Positions 36,660 through 49,518 are shown, numbered from the stretch's first letter. The stretch: 64,000 nucleotides of DNA from Squalus acanthias (GCA_030390025.1 CM059432.1:90274001-90338000), one strand, 5' to 3'. Numbers and translations are program-made. The notes: generated from the sequence alone by a model not told the origin.

Positions 36660-39600
36660 TTATAGAATCATAGAATGGTTACAGCACAGAAGGAGGCCAT
36701 TCGGCCCGTTGAGCTCGTGCCGGCTCTCTGCAAGAGCACTTCAGCTAGTCCCACCCCCCGCCCTTTCTCCGTAGCCCTGCAATTTTTTTTCCTTCAGGTA
36801 TTATCCAAAGCCCTTTTGAAAGTCACGATTGAATCTGCCTCTACCACCCTTTCAGGCAATGCGTTCCAGATCCTAACCACTCGCTGCGTGAAATTTCTTT
36901 TCCTCATGTCGCCTTTGGTTCTTCTGCCAATCACCTTAAATCTGTGTCCTCTGGTTCTTGACCCTTCCACCAATGGGAACAGTTTCTCCCTATCTCCTCT
37001 GTCTAGACCCCTCATGATTTTGAACACCTCTATCAAGTCTCCTCTCAACCTTCTCTGCTCTAAGGAGAACAACCCCAGCTTCTCCAGTCTATCCACGCAA
37101 CTAAAGTCCCTCAACACTGGAAACTTTCTTGTACATCTTTTCTGCACCCTCTCTGAGGCCTTCACATCCTTCCTAAAGTGCGGTGCCAAGAATTGGACAC
37201 AATACTCCAATTGAGGCCGAACCAGTGTTTTATAAAGGTCCATCATAACTTCCTTGCTTTCGTACTCTATGCCTCTATTTATGAAGCCCAGGATCCCGTA
37301 TGCTTTTTTAACCACTTTCTCAACCTGCCCTGCCACCTTCAACGATTTGTGCACATGTACCCCCAGGTCGCCTTGTTCATGCACCTCCTTTAGGATTGTA
37401 TCCTTTGCACTTTTCTGCATTAAGTTTCATCTGCCACGTGTCCGCCCATTCCACCAGCCTGTCTAGGTCCTCTTGAAGTCTATTACTATCCTCCTCACTG
37501 TTCACTATACTTCCAAGTTTTGTGTCATCTGCAAATTTTGAAATTGTGCCCTGTACACCCAAGTCCAGGTCATTAATATATATCAAGAAAAGCAGTGGTC
37601 CTAGTACCAAAGACTGGGGAACCCCACTTTGTATATTCCTCCAGTCCGATAAACAACCGTTCACCACTACTCTCCGTTTCCTGTCACTTAGCCAATTTCT
37701 TATACATGTTGCCACTGTCCCTTTTATTCCATGGGCTTCAACTTTGCTGGCAAGACTATTATGTGGCACTTTATCAAACGTCTTTTGGAAGTCCATGTAC
37801 ACCACATCAACCGCATTGCCCTCATCAACCATCTCTGTTACCTCATCAAAAAACTCGATAAAGTTAGTTGAACACAATTTGCCTTTAACAAATCCGTGCT
37901 GGCTTTCCTTAATTAATCTACACTTGTCCAAGTGACTGTAATTTTGTTCTGGATTATCGTTTCGAAAAGCTTCCTCACTACCGAGGTTAAACTGACTGGC
38001 CTATAGTTGCTGGGTTTATCCTTGCACCCTTTTTTGAACAAAGGTGTAACATTTACAATTCTCCAGTCCTCTGACACCACCCCCGTATCCAAGGAGGATT
38101 GGAAGATTATGGCCAGTACCTCTGCAATTTCCACCCTTACTTCCCTCAGCATCCTAGGATGAATCCCATCCAGTCCTGGTGACTTATCTACTTTAAGTAC
38201 AGCCAGCCATTCTAGTACCTTCACTATCAGTTTTTATCCCATCCAGTATCTCAACTACCTCCACTTTCACTATGACTTCGGCAGCATCTTCTTCCTTGGT
38301 AAAGACAGATGCAAAGTACTCATTTAGTACTTCAGCTATGCCCTCTGCCTCTATGCGTATGTCTCCATTTTGGTCCCTAATTGGCCCCACCCCTCCTCTT
38401 ACTACTCGTTTACTATTTATATGCCTATAGAAGACTTTTGGATTCCCTTTTATGTTAGCTGGCAATCTAGTCTCATACTCTCTCTTTGCCCCTCCTTTTT
38501 CATTTTTCACTTCCCCTCTAAACTTTCTATATTCAACCTGGTTCTCACTTGTATTCTCAACCTGATATCTGTCATATGCCCCTTTTTCTGCTTCATCTTA
38601 CTCATCTATCTCTTTCGTCATCCAGGGAGCTCTGGCTTTGGTTGCCCGACCTTTCCCCCTTGTGGGAATGTACCTCGACGGTACCCGAGCCATCTCCTCT
38701 TTAAAGGCAGCCCATTGTTCGATTACAGTTTTGCCTGCCAATCTTTGACTCCAATTTACCTGGGCCAGATCCATTCTCAACCCACTGAAATTTGCCTTCC
38801 TCCAATTAATTATTTTTACTCTAGATTGCTCCCTGTCCTTTTCCATAGCTAATCTAAAACTTATGATACTGTGATCACTGTTCCCTAAATGTTCCCCTAC
38901 TGACACTTGCTCTACTTGACCCACCTCATTCCCCAGAACCAGATCCAGCAATGCCTCCTTCTCATTGGGCCGGAAACGTACTGATGAAGAAAGTTCTCCT
39001 GAACACACTTCAGAAATTCTTCCCCCTCTCTGCCCTTTACACTATTACTATCCCAGTCTATATTAGGATAGTTGAAGTCCCATATTATCACTACTCTATA
39101 GTTCTTGCACCTCTCTGTAATTTGCTCCTCTATATCCTTCCCACTAGTTGGTGGCCTACAGAATACACCTAGTAGTGTAATATCACCGATATTGTTTCTC
39201 AACTCTAACTAAATAGATTCTGTCCTTGACCCCTCTAGGACATTCTTTCTCTCCAGCGCTGTAATATTCTCCTTCATCAATACTGCCACCCCACTTCCTT
39301 TCGTTCCTTCCTATCTTTCCTAAACACCTTGGGCTGGACTTTGTGAATAGAGGCGAGTTGGAGGCGGGACTGCTGCTTGTCGTCTCAATGTCCCGCCTCC
39401 ATCCTTGCCTGACCAACCAGAGGGATTTTTCCCCTTATTGAGCTTGTTAAGCCCACCCTGCGGGCTCAGCAGGCCAATTAGGGAAGAAGTCACTGACAGA
39501 GCACGTCAACGTCAGACGTGCTATCTGTCAAGACTTCTTGAAAGAAGAAATGTCAGCGTTTGACAGCTCTGTGAAGCTGTCAAACACTGACATTCTCTTT

Positions 39601-41800
39601 AGTTTGATGAGTCCTTGTGTTCAGGACTTATCAAACCTTTCAAATTTGTAAATTTCACATGGCTGTTGGTTCGGAGATTCCAACAGCCAGTCTGTGAAAT
39701 TGACAAGGATGATGTTGGCTCTCCCGATCCACCGCGGCTGAAGGCTGTAGGAAGAAAACAAGGTAAGTAAACAGTTTTTAAAACTTATCACTCACCTTAC
39801 ATACTTACCACTCCACACTTGCACCCATCACTCACCTCTACATCTTACTTCCAGGTGCCTCTGACCGCCGCAGACCTCCTCCATGTCTCCTCCAACCCAC
39901 GCGGGTTCTCCGAGGTCGGGAAGCCTTCACCTGTGAAGGTAAAATGGCACTAATCTTTTTTTCTGCCTGTTAACTACCTGTTAACAGGCAGTTAAAAGGA
40001 TTAAATGCCTTTCCCGCCTCCAGGAGACGGGACCCGAAGCTGCACATCTTCCCGCCTCCTGGCAAAAGGGCACGGAGGCGGGATGGGGACGGGTTTGCCA
40101 TCCACCCCCACTTTCTCCGAATGTACCGGCTGTCCCGCCTCCATGCACGCCTCCTCGGAGCTTGGAAAATCCAGCCCTTATATCCAGGAATATTTAGTAC
40201 CCAAACCTGCCCTTTTTTGAGCCAGGTCTCCGTTATCGTCATGCCATCATATACCCATGTGTCTATTTGCGCTTGCAGCTCACCAACCTTATTTACCACA
40301 CATTGTGCATTCACACACATGCACTGTAAACCTATCTTAGACCTTCTTGTATTCTCTCTTAGTCTGACCCCACCTAATACTGTACTATTTCTTACTCTAG
40401 TGCTATCTGTCTCTCCCAATCCTTTGTGCACCTTGTTTCTCTTTCTAATGCTCCATCCTGGTGCCCATCCCCCAGCCAAATTAGTTTAAACTCTCCCCAA
40501 CAGACTCGCAAACCCTCCCCCCCGCTCCCCACGAGGACATTGGTCCTGGCTCTGTTGAGGTGCAACACGTCCGGCCTGTACAGGTCCCACCTCCCCCAGA
40601 AGCGGTCCCAATGTCCCAGGAATCTAAAGCCCTCCCTCCTGCACCATCTCTCCAGCCACTCATTCATCTGCTCTATCCTCCTATTTCTATACTCACCAGC
40701 TCTTGGCACTGAGAGTAATCCAGAGATTACTAGCTTTGAGGTCCTGCTTTTTAATCTCTTTTCTAGCTCCCTAAAGTCTGCCTGAAGGACCTCATCCTTC
40801 TTTCTACCTATGTCGTTGATATCGATATGGACCACGACCTCTGGCTGTTCACCCTCTCCCCTCAGAATGTTCTGCAGCTGCTCAGTGACATCCTTGACCC
40901 TGGCACCAGGGAGGCAACATACCATCCTGGAATCACATTTGCGGCTGCAGAAACACCTGTCTGTTCCCCTAACTATCGAATCTCCTATCACTATTCCATT
41001 CACGATCTTCCTTCTACCCCCCACCCCCCCCTGTACAGCTGAGCCACCCGTGGTGCCGTGGACTTGGCTCTGGCTGTACTCCCCAGAGGAACCATCGCCC
41101 TCACCACTGGTTAGAGAGTGAGATGCACTCAAGGGACTCCCACACTACCTGCCTGGTCCTCCTTGTCTGTCTGACGCTCACCCATTCCCTCTCTGCCTGC
41201 ACACTCTTATATTCTGGGGTAACCACCTCCTGAAACATGCTATCTATGTAGCTCTCAGCCTCATGGATGCACCACAGCGACTCCAGCTGCTGCTCAAGCT
41301 CTGAAACCTGGAGCTTGAGCTCCTCCAGCTGATGTCACTTCCTGCACATGTGGTCATCCAGGACACGGGAAGCGTCCTGGAGTTCCCACATGGCACAAGA
41401 TGTGCATTCCACAGGACCGAGGTGCCCTGCCATGCCGCTACTTAATAGACTATTAAGTAACTTAACAGAAATAAACTTAAGACTTTAAAAAAATCACTAA
41501 CTACTCACCAATCAGCTCCTTCCCTTGCGCTGACGTCACTTTCCATGCTCCCTGACACTTATGTTCCCTCCGGGCTCTTGGGCCTACATTGATCTGCAGC
41601 CGCTCCTCTCGATCTCCCGCAGGTCCGCTCTCGTGTCTATTAACTTAGAGACCTTGGGTTCTGTGGCTCCACTCCTCCTTTTCAGTCAGACGTCTCCACC
41701 GCCTTCTTCCTTTCCACCGATTCCTACACTCACAAAATTCTTCCACTCTGCTTGCGATTCACTCCCAGCTCTGTCTCCAAGCTCTGTGCTCAATCCTTGC
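36660..41800 (-). mobile_element. Full-length CR1 LINE (5' UTR, ORF1 from 41433, ORF2 APE-RT), decayed
   Basis: ORF1 MAGHLGPVECTSCAMWE..HMCRK, GDSIVRG, CLPGA, DVLHLN (SGNH esterase). ORF2 ITETWL, DFNYP, NSDH, YRPVSLTS, KFADDTKL. CR1 tail at 36660. Confidence 0.95.
39331..40177. mobile_element. Harbinger-type MITE inserted in CR1 APE region
   Basis: TIR GGGCTGGACTTT / AAAATCCAGCCC, similar to 8940-9529. Internal hairpins at 39549-39701. Confidence 0.8.
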
Positions 41801-42145
41801 CTTATTAGCCCTCCCCAAATGCATTACCTCACACTTCTCCGGATTGAATTCCATTTGCCACTTTTCTGCCCACCTGACCAGTCCATTGATATCTTCCTGC
41901 AGCCTACAGCTTTCGTTATCACTATCAACGACACGGCCAATTTTTGTATCATCTGCAAACTCGGCTTATCTCTAGCGTGTCCTCCTCTACAGCTGTCAGT
42001 GTGATGATTACTGGAGGGCCACCTCTGATTCTCTGTCTCTCCCGGGTGTTCTGTGCTCTTTCTCCTGCAAGAAGGGAAACAAGAGACCTTTGAGTGAGAG
42101 TCATGGAATGAGTGGAAGGGATGGATGGGCAACATTTGTAGAGGG

Positions 42146-43231
42146 TGTTAGAAACTAGGTGTGCCTAAAAATGTATATGGCTACACGAATAATACTGTGT
42201 TTAAATGATAAGTTTTGTTTTCCTGGAAAGCTTGTATTAGAATTTGAGACAGTCTTTTTAATCAGTTAGATTAGGTGAAACATAAACATTCCACACGGGG
42301 GCCCATAGGATGGCCCTGCTAGGCTAGTTATCTGTTGTTTGTAAGTTAGGGTTTTGACTTTGTTAATGTATCTTTAATTTGGCCAGTGAAGGCCCAACCT
42401 ATGTTTCTTCCATTATTACTAATAACCATATTATAATCTCTACAGATAGAATGTGGAGTTTGTTTAGCAGAACTGCTTTGAAGATAATTAAAAGTTAATT
42501 AGGAAAAGACATAGAATGAAAGGAATTTGAGGAGGCTAAGGTATCCATCTTAGAATGGGCCATTTGCTAGATGAAGGTGAGATAGCGACTGGCTAATGTG
42601 TGACAGCTCTGGCTGGGGCCATGATTAAGAGGGTCAGGCCAGGCCTTGTACTTGCTGGGTTAAGGAGGATTGAATCAAGAGAGATAAGATGGATTCCAAT
42701 GGAGGAACCTTCAAAATGTAAAAACAAGAAAGATAAATTGGATGAAGTAATGAGACCCTCTTTTGGGGAGGGCTTTCATCCAAGAACCAAGACAAAGAAC
42801 TTGAGCTGTCATTGGTTGATGAAGTTTTAGAGGAACCTCTATAGGTTAAATGGTCTTGTCAATAACTTGGCCTCAGGCCCACCCTTAAAATGAGAATAAA
42901 AGTGACACCCCAAGGGCTTGCCCACAGACGGTGGAGGGGAGAGCCGAACAGAAGTTGCAAAGAGAAGTTGGGCTGGTCGAATGCTCTTTTGAGAGTGATC
43001 CCACACTCAGCATTGGAGGTTCTAGAGTGAAAGAGAGAGAGAGAGAGAGAACTGTTCACGCCTGCCAGCCATCTGTCCGATCGGGTCCGGTACCAGCTGC
43101 TTGTCACATTCGTATGTTTTTGCTGTATTACTAGTGTGTTATATTCTGTCCTAAACTCCAATTAAACACAATATACCCACTATATTGGTTTGCACTCGAT
43201 CCTGTTTACCAGAGATACATGAATCTCTACA
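42146..43231 (+). repeat. 5' LTR
   Basis: Direct repeat of 47956-49056 with about 30-35 differences counted by eye. ATTAAA near the 3' end and a (GA)n tract. Confidence 0.97.
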
Positions 43232-43234
43232 AAT

Positions 43235-43252
43235 TGGTGAGTCAGGCAGGAG
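43235..43252 (+). promoter_or_regulatory. Primer binding site, tRNA-Arg(ACG)-like
   Basis: TGGTGAGTCAGGCAGGAG, 3 nt after the LTR. 15/18 match to the complement of the vertebrate tRNA-Arg(ACG) 3' end as I recall it (TGGCGAGCCAGCCAGGAG). Confidence 0.7.
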
Positions 43253-43549
43253 TGCAAGAGGGTTGTTGTGGTCGAAACGAGTTTAAGACGGGTTTGGTCT
43301 ATAATGGTACTAGGCGTTCTTATTGGGTTGTAACGTAAAAACGAAATGGCAGATGCGTATTTTAGAGAAAAGCCCACGCTACCAACCCCCAATCCGTGAA
43401 GGTAACGGGTCTGATTTGAACTCTGCAGCAGCAGCTCGAACACCTTTCGGCAGTAGTTGAGGCCATGAAGCACAGTCAGGCGGGGGGGGCAAAACGTTTC
43501 GGCTGTTTCTCGCAGTGGAGATGCACTCCCAGACTCATGACCCCAGTGA

Positions 43550-46500
43550 CGGTTAGAGGCCTCCACGGTGACCACGTCTTCTGCTGTCTGGTACGGGGAG
43601 GACGGACGACCCTTTGTCCGGGCCACTGATCATGGAGGCCGCCTCCATGTTAAAATTGTGGATTCCGGTTCTGCCGTGACTATTTTACATGACCCCGCTC
43701 CCTTTTCCCGCCCTAAACCTCGCTGGCTTTAATGCTTCTACTCAGTTAGTTAATTAGGGATTGAGCTCCACAGTCTTGTCCATCGATGGGAATTCCGTCG
43801 ATGTTCCCTCTCCTGTATATATGGCCACCCATGACCAAAAAGGTATCCTTGGAAGTGACACGCTGCATAAACACTCTGCTGTCCTTGACTACGCTAATGA
43901 TCGTCTTTGGTGGCACTTTAATGATGGACCACCGACACCAATTTCAGATGCCCATTCCGTATATGCAATTAAAAAACCCTGAGGATTTCACCCTTCCCGG
44001 GACTGAAGACCCCATGGTTAATACATTAATTCATAAATTTTCAGAGGTTCTTGCTAAGTCCAAACATGATTGTGGTAGGATGTTGGGAGATGAGGAGATT
44101 AATGGACCCTCCCACCCTCCTGTTAAGCAGTATTCCATTCCGGCTGAGAGTAAACCTTATGTTCGGTCTACTATCGATTCATTGTTAAAGCAGGGTGTTA
44201 TCCGCACTGGCACTTTTACCACTAATTCTCCAACCTGGCCAGTTAAGAAACCAGATGATAGCTGGCGTCTAACAATTGATTATCGCAAGCTTAATTCGGT
44301 AACCCCAGCTTGCACCCCTGTTGTTCGGGAGACCTCCACTCTCCTGTCCCAGATTCCACCAGGTAGCTGCTACTTCTCCACCTTTGACATTTCAAACGGC
44401 TTCTGGAGTATCCCTGTTAAGTCAAAGGATCAGTACAAGTTTGCCTTCACTTTTGAAGATCAAAGTTATACTTGGACATGTTTACCTCAAGGCTTTCACA
44501 ACGGCCCAACTATATTCCACAAATGGATGGCTCAGGCACTGAAACCTTTTTCGAGACCCGACTGCCTGCTGCAGTATGTTGATGACCTTTTGCTTGCAAC
44601 GCCTGACAAAAAGACTCATATTAAATTAATGGAAGAGCTATTAGACCTTCTTCTAAAAGCTGTGCTGAAAATTAACCCCAAAAATGTACAACTGTTACAG
44701 CCAGAAGTGACATTTTTAGGGATTCTGTGGGACAAAAGGGACTCAGCCCTGACCAGTATAAGATTGAGGTGATTCAGCGTTTACCATTGCCCGCATCCAA
44801 AACCGCACTTTGCTCCTTCCTGGGCCTAGTGGGATACCAGCGCTCATTTATTCCCAGATTTGCGGAGCTAGCCAAACCACTATATGAGCTGTTAAAGGGT
44901 GAAGAGGACGCTGTGGCCCGTGACTGGACCACCGAAACATACAACAGCTCTGTCCCTTTTTAAAACTGCTGTTATGCAAGCCACATGCCTGACAAGCTCT
45001 GACCGAGATAAGCCTTTCCACCTGGAGGTGGGATCCACCGATCAGAGTCTTGCTGCTGTTCTGCGCCAAGAGGTACAGGGTAAACTTATGCCAATCGCAT
45101 TCGCCTCCCGTATTTTGAATGGCGTGGAAAAGAATTTCACTGTGCGTGAGCGACATCTGCTAGCCACTTTTTGGGCAGTCAAACACTTCACGTTTATTAC
45201 TGGGTTGAACAAAACGATCATACATAGCCCCCACACCCCTTTGAATCTTCTACTCAAACCAGGGGACACTTTGGTCTCCTCTGCCCGACTCGGTCACTGG
45301 ACACTTCTGTTAACTCAGAGATTTGGAAATAACGCCAAGGCAGACAACTCTACTACCTCAGCTCCTACTGTACGAGGGGGTAAGCCATGAGTGCCCCCTT
45401 CCACCACTGGAGTTCGACCGTCACCCCGTCTCTCCTACTCCGCTAAGTGACGCCCAGAACGTCTACATTGATGGGTCATCCTATCACAGGGATGGAAAGC
45501 CCCTTACTGGATTTGCAGTAGTCATGCCTGACCGAGAACTTAAGTATAAATGCATTCCCCACTCTGCCCAATATGCTGAAGTTGCAGCCCTGGTGACAGC
45601 AATTCAAATTACTCATGACATATCTGTTAATGTCTGGTCAGATAGTGCCTATGCAATTAACACTTTGTTATCTTTACCGCTGTATGCTAGGAATAATTTT
45701 TGTACTGTTGATGGTAAGACCCTGCTCCATGCAGACCTCTTTGCTTCCCTTTGAGACTCTTTAAATTCACGATCTGCCCCTGTCTATGTTAGTAAGGTAA
45801 AGTCCCATTCACGTTCTTCAGATGTACATACCCAGGGTAACTCACAGGTAGATCGTGCTGCCAAGGACGCCGCTGTTAACGGTGACCTCTGGCAAGCCCC
45901 TACCCCTCCCTTAAGATCAGTCTCGAGTATCCAAGGTGGGGACATCGACCTCCCTTCCCTCCAGGCCAGTTATTCCCCCTATGCAGTTGTTATTGCATGG
46001 CATCAGAATGGATGTCCGTTACCTCAGCCCACTCCATGGGCTACGGACACACAATTGGTACCGGATCAGTCTGGGGAAGCTGCTCCCCTGTTCATGTTCA
46101 ACCCCCGCATGCGATGGCTATCATCTGATCTCCCGGTTGTCTGTGTTCCCCCATCCATGGCACCCGAAATTTTTGATCTCCTGCACTCACATCCAGTAGG
46201 AGGGCACTATTCAGCTGATGCAACTGTTCAGAAACTACGCAAATTTGCATGGTATTCCGATTTCATCACAGATGTCACTCATAGGGTGAATCATTGTCTG
46301 CCCTGTTTACAGCACAATCCAAGTGCCCACACTAATCGGGCACTGTTGCGCAGTCCCCCTCCTCCCGATGGGCCATGGACCCACCTTCAAATTGATTTTA
46401 TAGGGCCCTTACCTAGAGGACCTTCTGGTTGTCTGGTTATAGTTGATAAATTTACTAAATGGATGGAGGCTTTTCCATGTGAAACAAACACCGCATTGAC

Positions 46501-47215
46501 AGCAGCTCGCCTTTTATTGGGTGAAGTGATCTGCAGGTGGGGAGTGCCAATTCAAGTTGATAGTGATCAGAGATCACACTTTACCGCCCAAATTTTTACC
46601 GAATTACAACGGATAATGGGCATCTCGCATAAACTTCACATCTCCCATCACCCACAATCATCTGGAGTGGTGGAAAGAGGAAACCGAACTCTGAAAACTA
46701 TGTTAAACAAATTTTGTGCAGATCACCCCACCAAATGGTCCAGTATGTTGCCAATGTGTCTAATGGCTATTAGATCCACCCCGCATAGCACAACGGGTAT
46801 CTCACCCTACCAGGCTATGACCAGGCAACTAATACGAATGCCAGTCCATCTGTTAACCCCTTCAGCCACACCCTTAGTACAGGGAATTGCCAACCAAAAA
46901 TGGCTTGAAATGGTGGTAGAAAACATAGAACAAACTAACATGTTTGTAGCTACACAAACAGGCAAATCAAAAAACCAGGCAAAGAAATACTTCGACAAGA
47001 AGGTCCGACCATTTGAGTATCAAGTGGGAGATGTTGTAATGGTACTAAACTATGGGAAGAAGCAACATTGCTTCGAACCAAAGTGGAATGGCCCCTTCCT
47101 GATTATTGACAGGGCCAGTCCTTTGGTTTATCTGGTGCAATTCCCTGGGAAAAAGGGGAGGGCCAAGGTGGCTAAATGGTACCATATCAATCAGTTGAAA
47201 ACTGTGAAAGAATAA
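43550..47215 (+). pseudogene. pol: pro-pol: protease, RT, tether (dead RNase H), RNase H, integrase; several frameshifts and stops
   Basis: PR DGRPFV..IVDSGSAVT..ILGSD. RT WPVKKPDDSWRLTIDYRKLN, DISNGFWS, LPQGFHN, YVDD. Tether FHLEVGST..ERHLLA. RNase H YIDGS..SAQYAEVAA..WSDSAY..KVKSH..GNSQVDRAAK. IN HHCC, IDFIGP, DSD, VERGNRTLK, WNGPF. Confidence 0.93.
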
Positions 47216-47364
47216 ATATTCCTGGTTAGATGATAAACTGTCGCTTTCTTCACAATTTCTGTATTCTTTGTTTTGTATCGTCGCTTAAAATGTAATACTT
47301 AGTCGACGTGCTAATGATTGTAAGACTGAATTATAACTGTGACTGTAATAATTGTGTTTTGTAG

Positions 47365-47690
47365 GTAACAGAGCGTGGGAAAAGCCAGTAAGATCCAGTA
47401 TGAGCTGCACAGTTATGTGGTACAATTCAGGTACGACATTCTCCTGTTGTCTGAGGAATTCAGTGAGCTCGTGATGCGACTGAACTCCTCCCTAAAGCAA
47501 TTTGGAGCAAGACAACTCGAGAATAGATATTGAAGTTGACAGCATAGGGGATGATTCACACTGGTGGGATATTGGTGTTTATACATCAGCACAACCTTAG
47601 GTTCGTATCATTTGACACGCTCTGGTCAGTTCTCCAACTTGTAATGACAGTATATTTGATATATGTAACCCATGTAGTAAGACTTTGATG
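47365..47690 (+). pseudogene. Probable env C-terminal remnant
   Basis: Splice acceptor TTGTGTTTTGTAG (47364), amphipathic LLSEEFSELVMRLNSSLKQF, then DSHWWDIG (47562-47570) and hydrophobic VLQLVMTVYLIYV; read across frameshifts and stops. Confidence 0.55.
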
Positions 47691-47955
47691 CATAAGCCAA
47701 ATGTGTATCTATAAGTATGACTAACTGTACTAATGAATAAATGACGGATGAAAATCAGAGGCAATATAGAGGAGACCCCAGGCGGGGTAAGATCAGGGAA
47801 GATAGAAGAAACAGAGGATACCCCAGGCGGGGCAGAATTGGAACACCGGAACAGTTAATTGAACCGTCGAACCAATAATTTAGAGTTGGAATGGTTAGTA
47901 GAGGGTCTAAAATGAGAGGTCGAAATAGAGTTTTTCTCCCTCTCAAGGTGGGGAC

Positions 47956-49056
47956 TGTTAGAAACTAGGTGTGCCTAAAAATGTATATGGCTACATGAAT
48001 AATACTGTGTTTAAACGATAAGTTTCGTTTTCCTGGAAAGCTTGCATTAGAATTTGAGACAGTCTTTTTAATCAGTTAGATTAGGTGAAACATAAACATT
48101 CCACACAGGGGCCCATAGGATGGCCCTGCTAGGCTAGTTATCTGTTGTTTGTAAGTTAGGGTTTTGACTTTGTTAATGTATCTTTAATTTGGCCAGTGAA
48201 GGTCCAACCTATGTTTCTTCCATTATTACTAATAACCATATTATAATCTCTACAGATAGAATGTGGAGTTTGTTTAGCAGAACTGCTTGTGAAGATAATT
48301 AAAATTTAATTAGGAAAAGACATAGAATGAAAGGAATTTGAGGAGGCTAAGGTATCCATCTTAGAATGGGCCATTTGCTAGATGAAGGTGAGATAGCGAC
48401 TGGCTAATGTGCGACAGCTCTGGCTGGGGCCATGATTAAGAGGGACAGGGCCGGGCCTTGTACTTACTGGGTTAAGGAGGATAGAATCAAGAGAGATAAG
48501 ATGGATTCCAATGGAGGAACCTTCAAAATGTAAAAACAAGAAAGATAAATTGGATGAAGTAATGAGACCCTCTTTTGGGGAGGGCTTTCATCCAAGAACC
48601 AAGACAAAGAACTTGAGCTGTCATTGGTTGATGAAGTTTTAGAGGAACCTCTATAGGTTAAATGGTCTTGTCAATAACTTGGCCTCAGGCCCACCCCTAA
48701 AATGAGATTAAAAGTGACACCCCAAGGGCTTGCCCACAGACGGTGGAGGGGAGAGCCGAACAGAAGTTGCAAAGAGAAGTTGGGCTGGTCGAACGCTCTT
48801 TTGAGAGTGATCCCACGCTCACCATCGGAGGTTCTAGAGTGAAAGAGAGAGAGAGAGAGAGAGAGAGGCCAGAGAACTGTTCACGCATGCCAGCCATCTG
48901 TCCAATCGGGTCTGATACCAGCTGCTTGTCATGGTCGTATGTTTTTGCTGTATTACTAGTGTGTTATATTCCGTCCTAAACTCCAATTAAACACAATATA
49001 CACACCATACTGGTTTGCACTCGATCCTGTTTACCAGAGATACGTGAATCTCTACA
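47956..49056 (+). repeat. 3' LTR preceded by polypurine tract AAGGTGGGGAC
   Basis: Direct repeat of 42146-43231. Confidence 0.97.
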
Positions 49057-49282
49057 AGGGTGACTATGAGGGAGAGGCGTGACATTGCATTAAGATGAGG
49101 GTGAGTGTCATTGGTGGATGGTCAGATGGGGATGCGAGCAAGTGCATAGACAGAGAGGGATGGGTGCACCTGCAAGGTACGTTGGTGTAAGCAGTGATGT
49201 GCAGGAGTAGGCTTGGGAAGGCTGAGTGAGGGGTTGGGGTGACACACACATCAGGATGTAGTTGAATGTGGCATTGTGTTCA

Positions 49283-49518
49283 CCTTTCCAGCCCTCATTA
49301 GGTCATTAAACCGCTTCCAGCACTATATCCAGGAGCATGGCACCACACTCCTGCTGCTGACCTCCTCTGCGATCTCCAGCCTTCTTGGTCACTGAGGCTG
49401 GCTTCTTCCTCCTGTCAGCAGGGAATAGTATCTCCCTGTGGGCTCTTACACCTCGCAGCAGCAGGTCTAGGGATGCATCATTTAAGCAAGGCACAGGCTT
49501 TACACATTGAGACTCCAT
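49283..49518 (-). pseudogene. Harbinger Myb/SANT gene exon 1 (copy 3)
   Basis: PCLNDASLDLLLRGVRAHREILFP...KRFNDL followed by donor AAG/GTGAAC. Confidence 0.8.

Larger units (their letters stand above)
42146..49056 (+). mobile_element. Endogenous retrovirus-like provirus (loki/spuma-related pol), gag and env largely deleted
   Basis: Paired LTRs TGTTAGA...TCTACA, 4-bp TSD AGGG (42142-42145, 49057-49060), PBS, PPT, and PR-RT-tether-RNase H-IN order. Confidence 0.9.

Noticed and set aside
43786..47215. Ordinary Ty3/Gypsy element or bona fide foamy virus
   Set aside because: The second RNase H and env-like remnant argue against plain Gypsy. The Arg-like PBS, readthrough-type junction and lack of visible accessory ORFs argue against foamy. 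Phylogeny is still needed.
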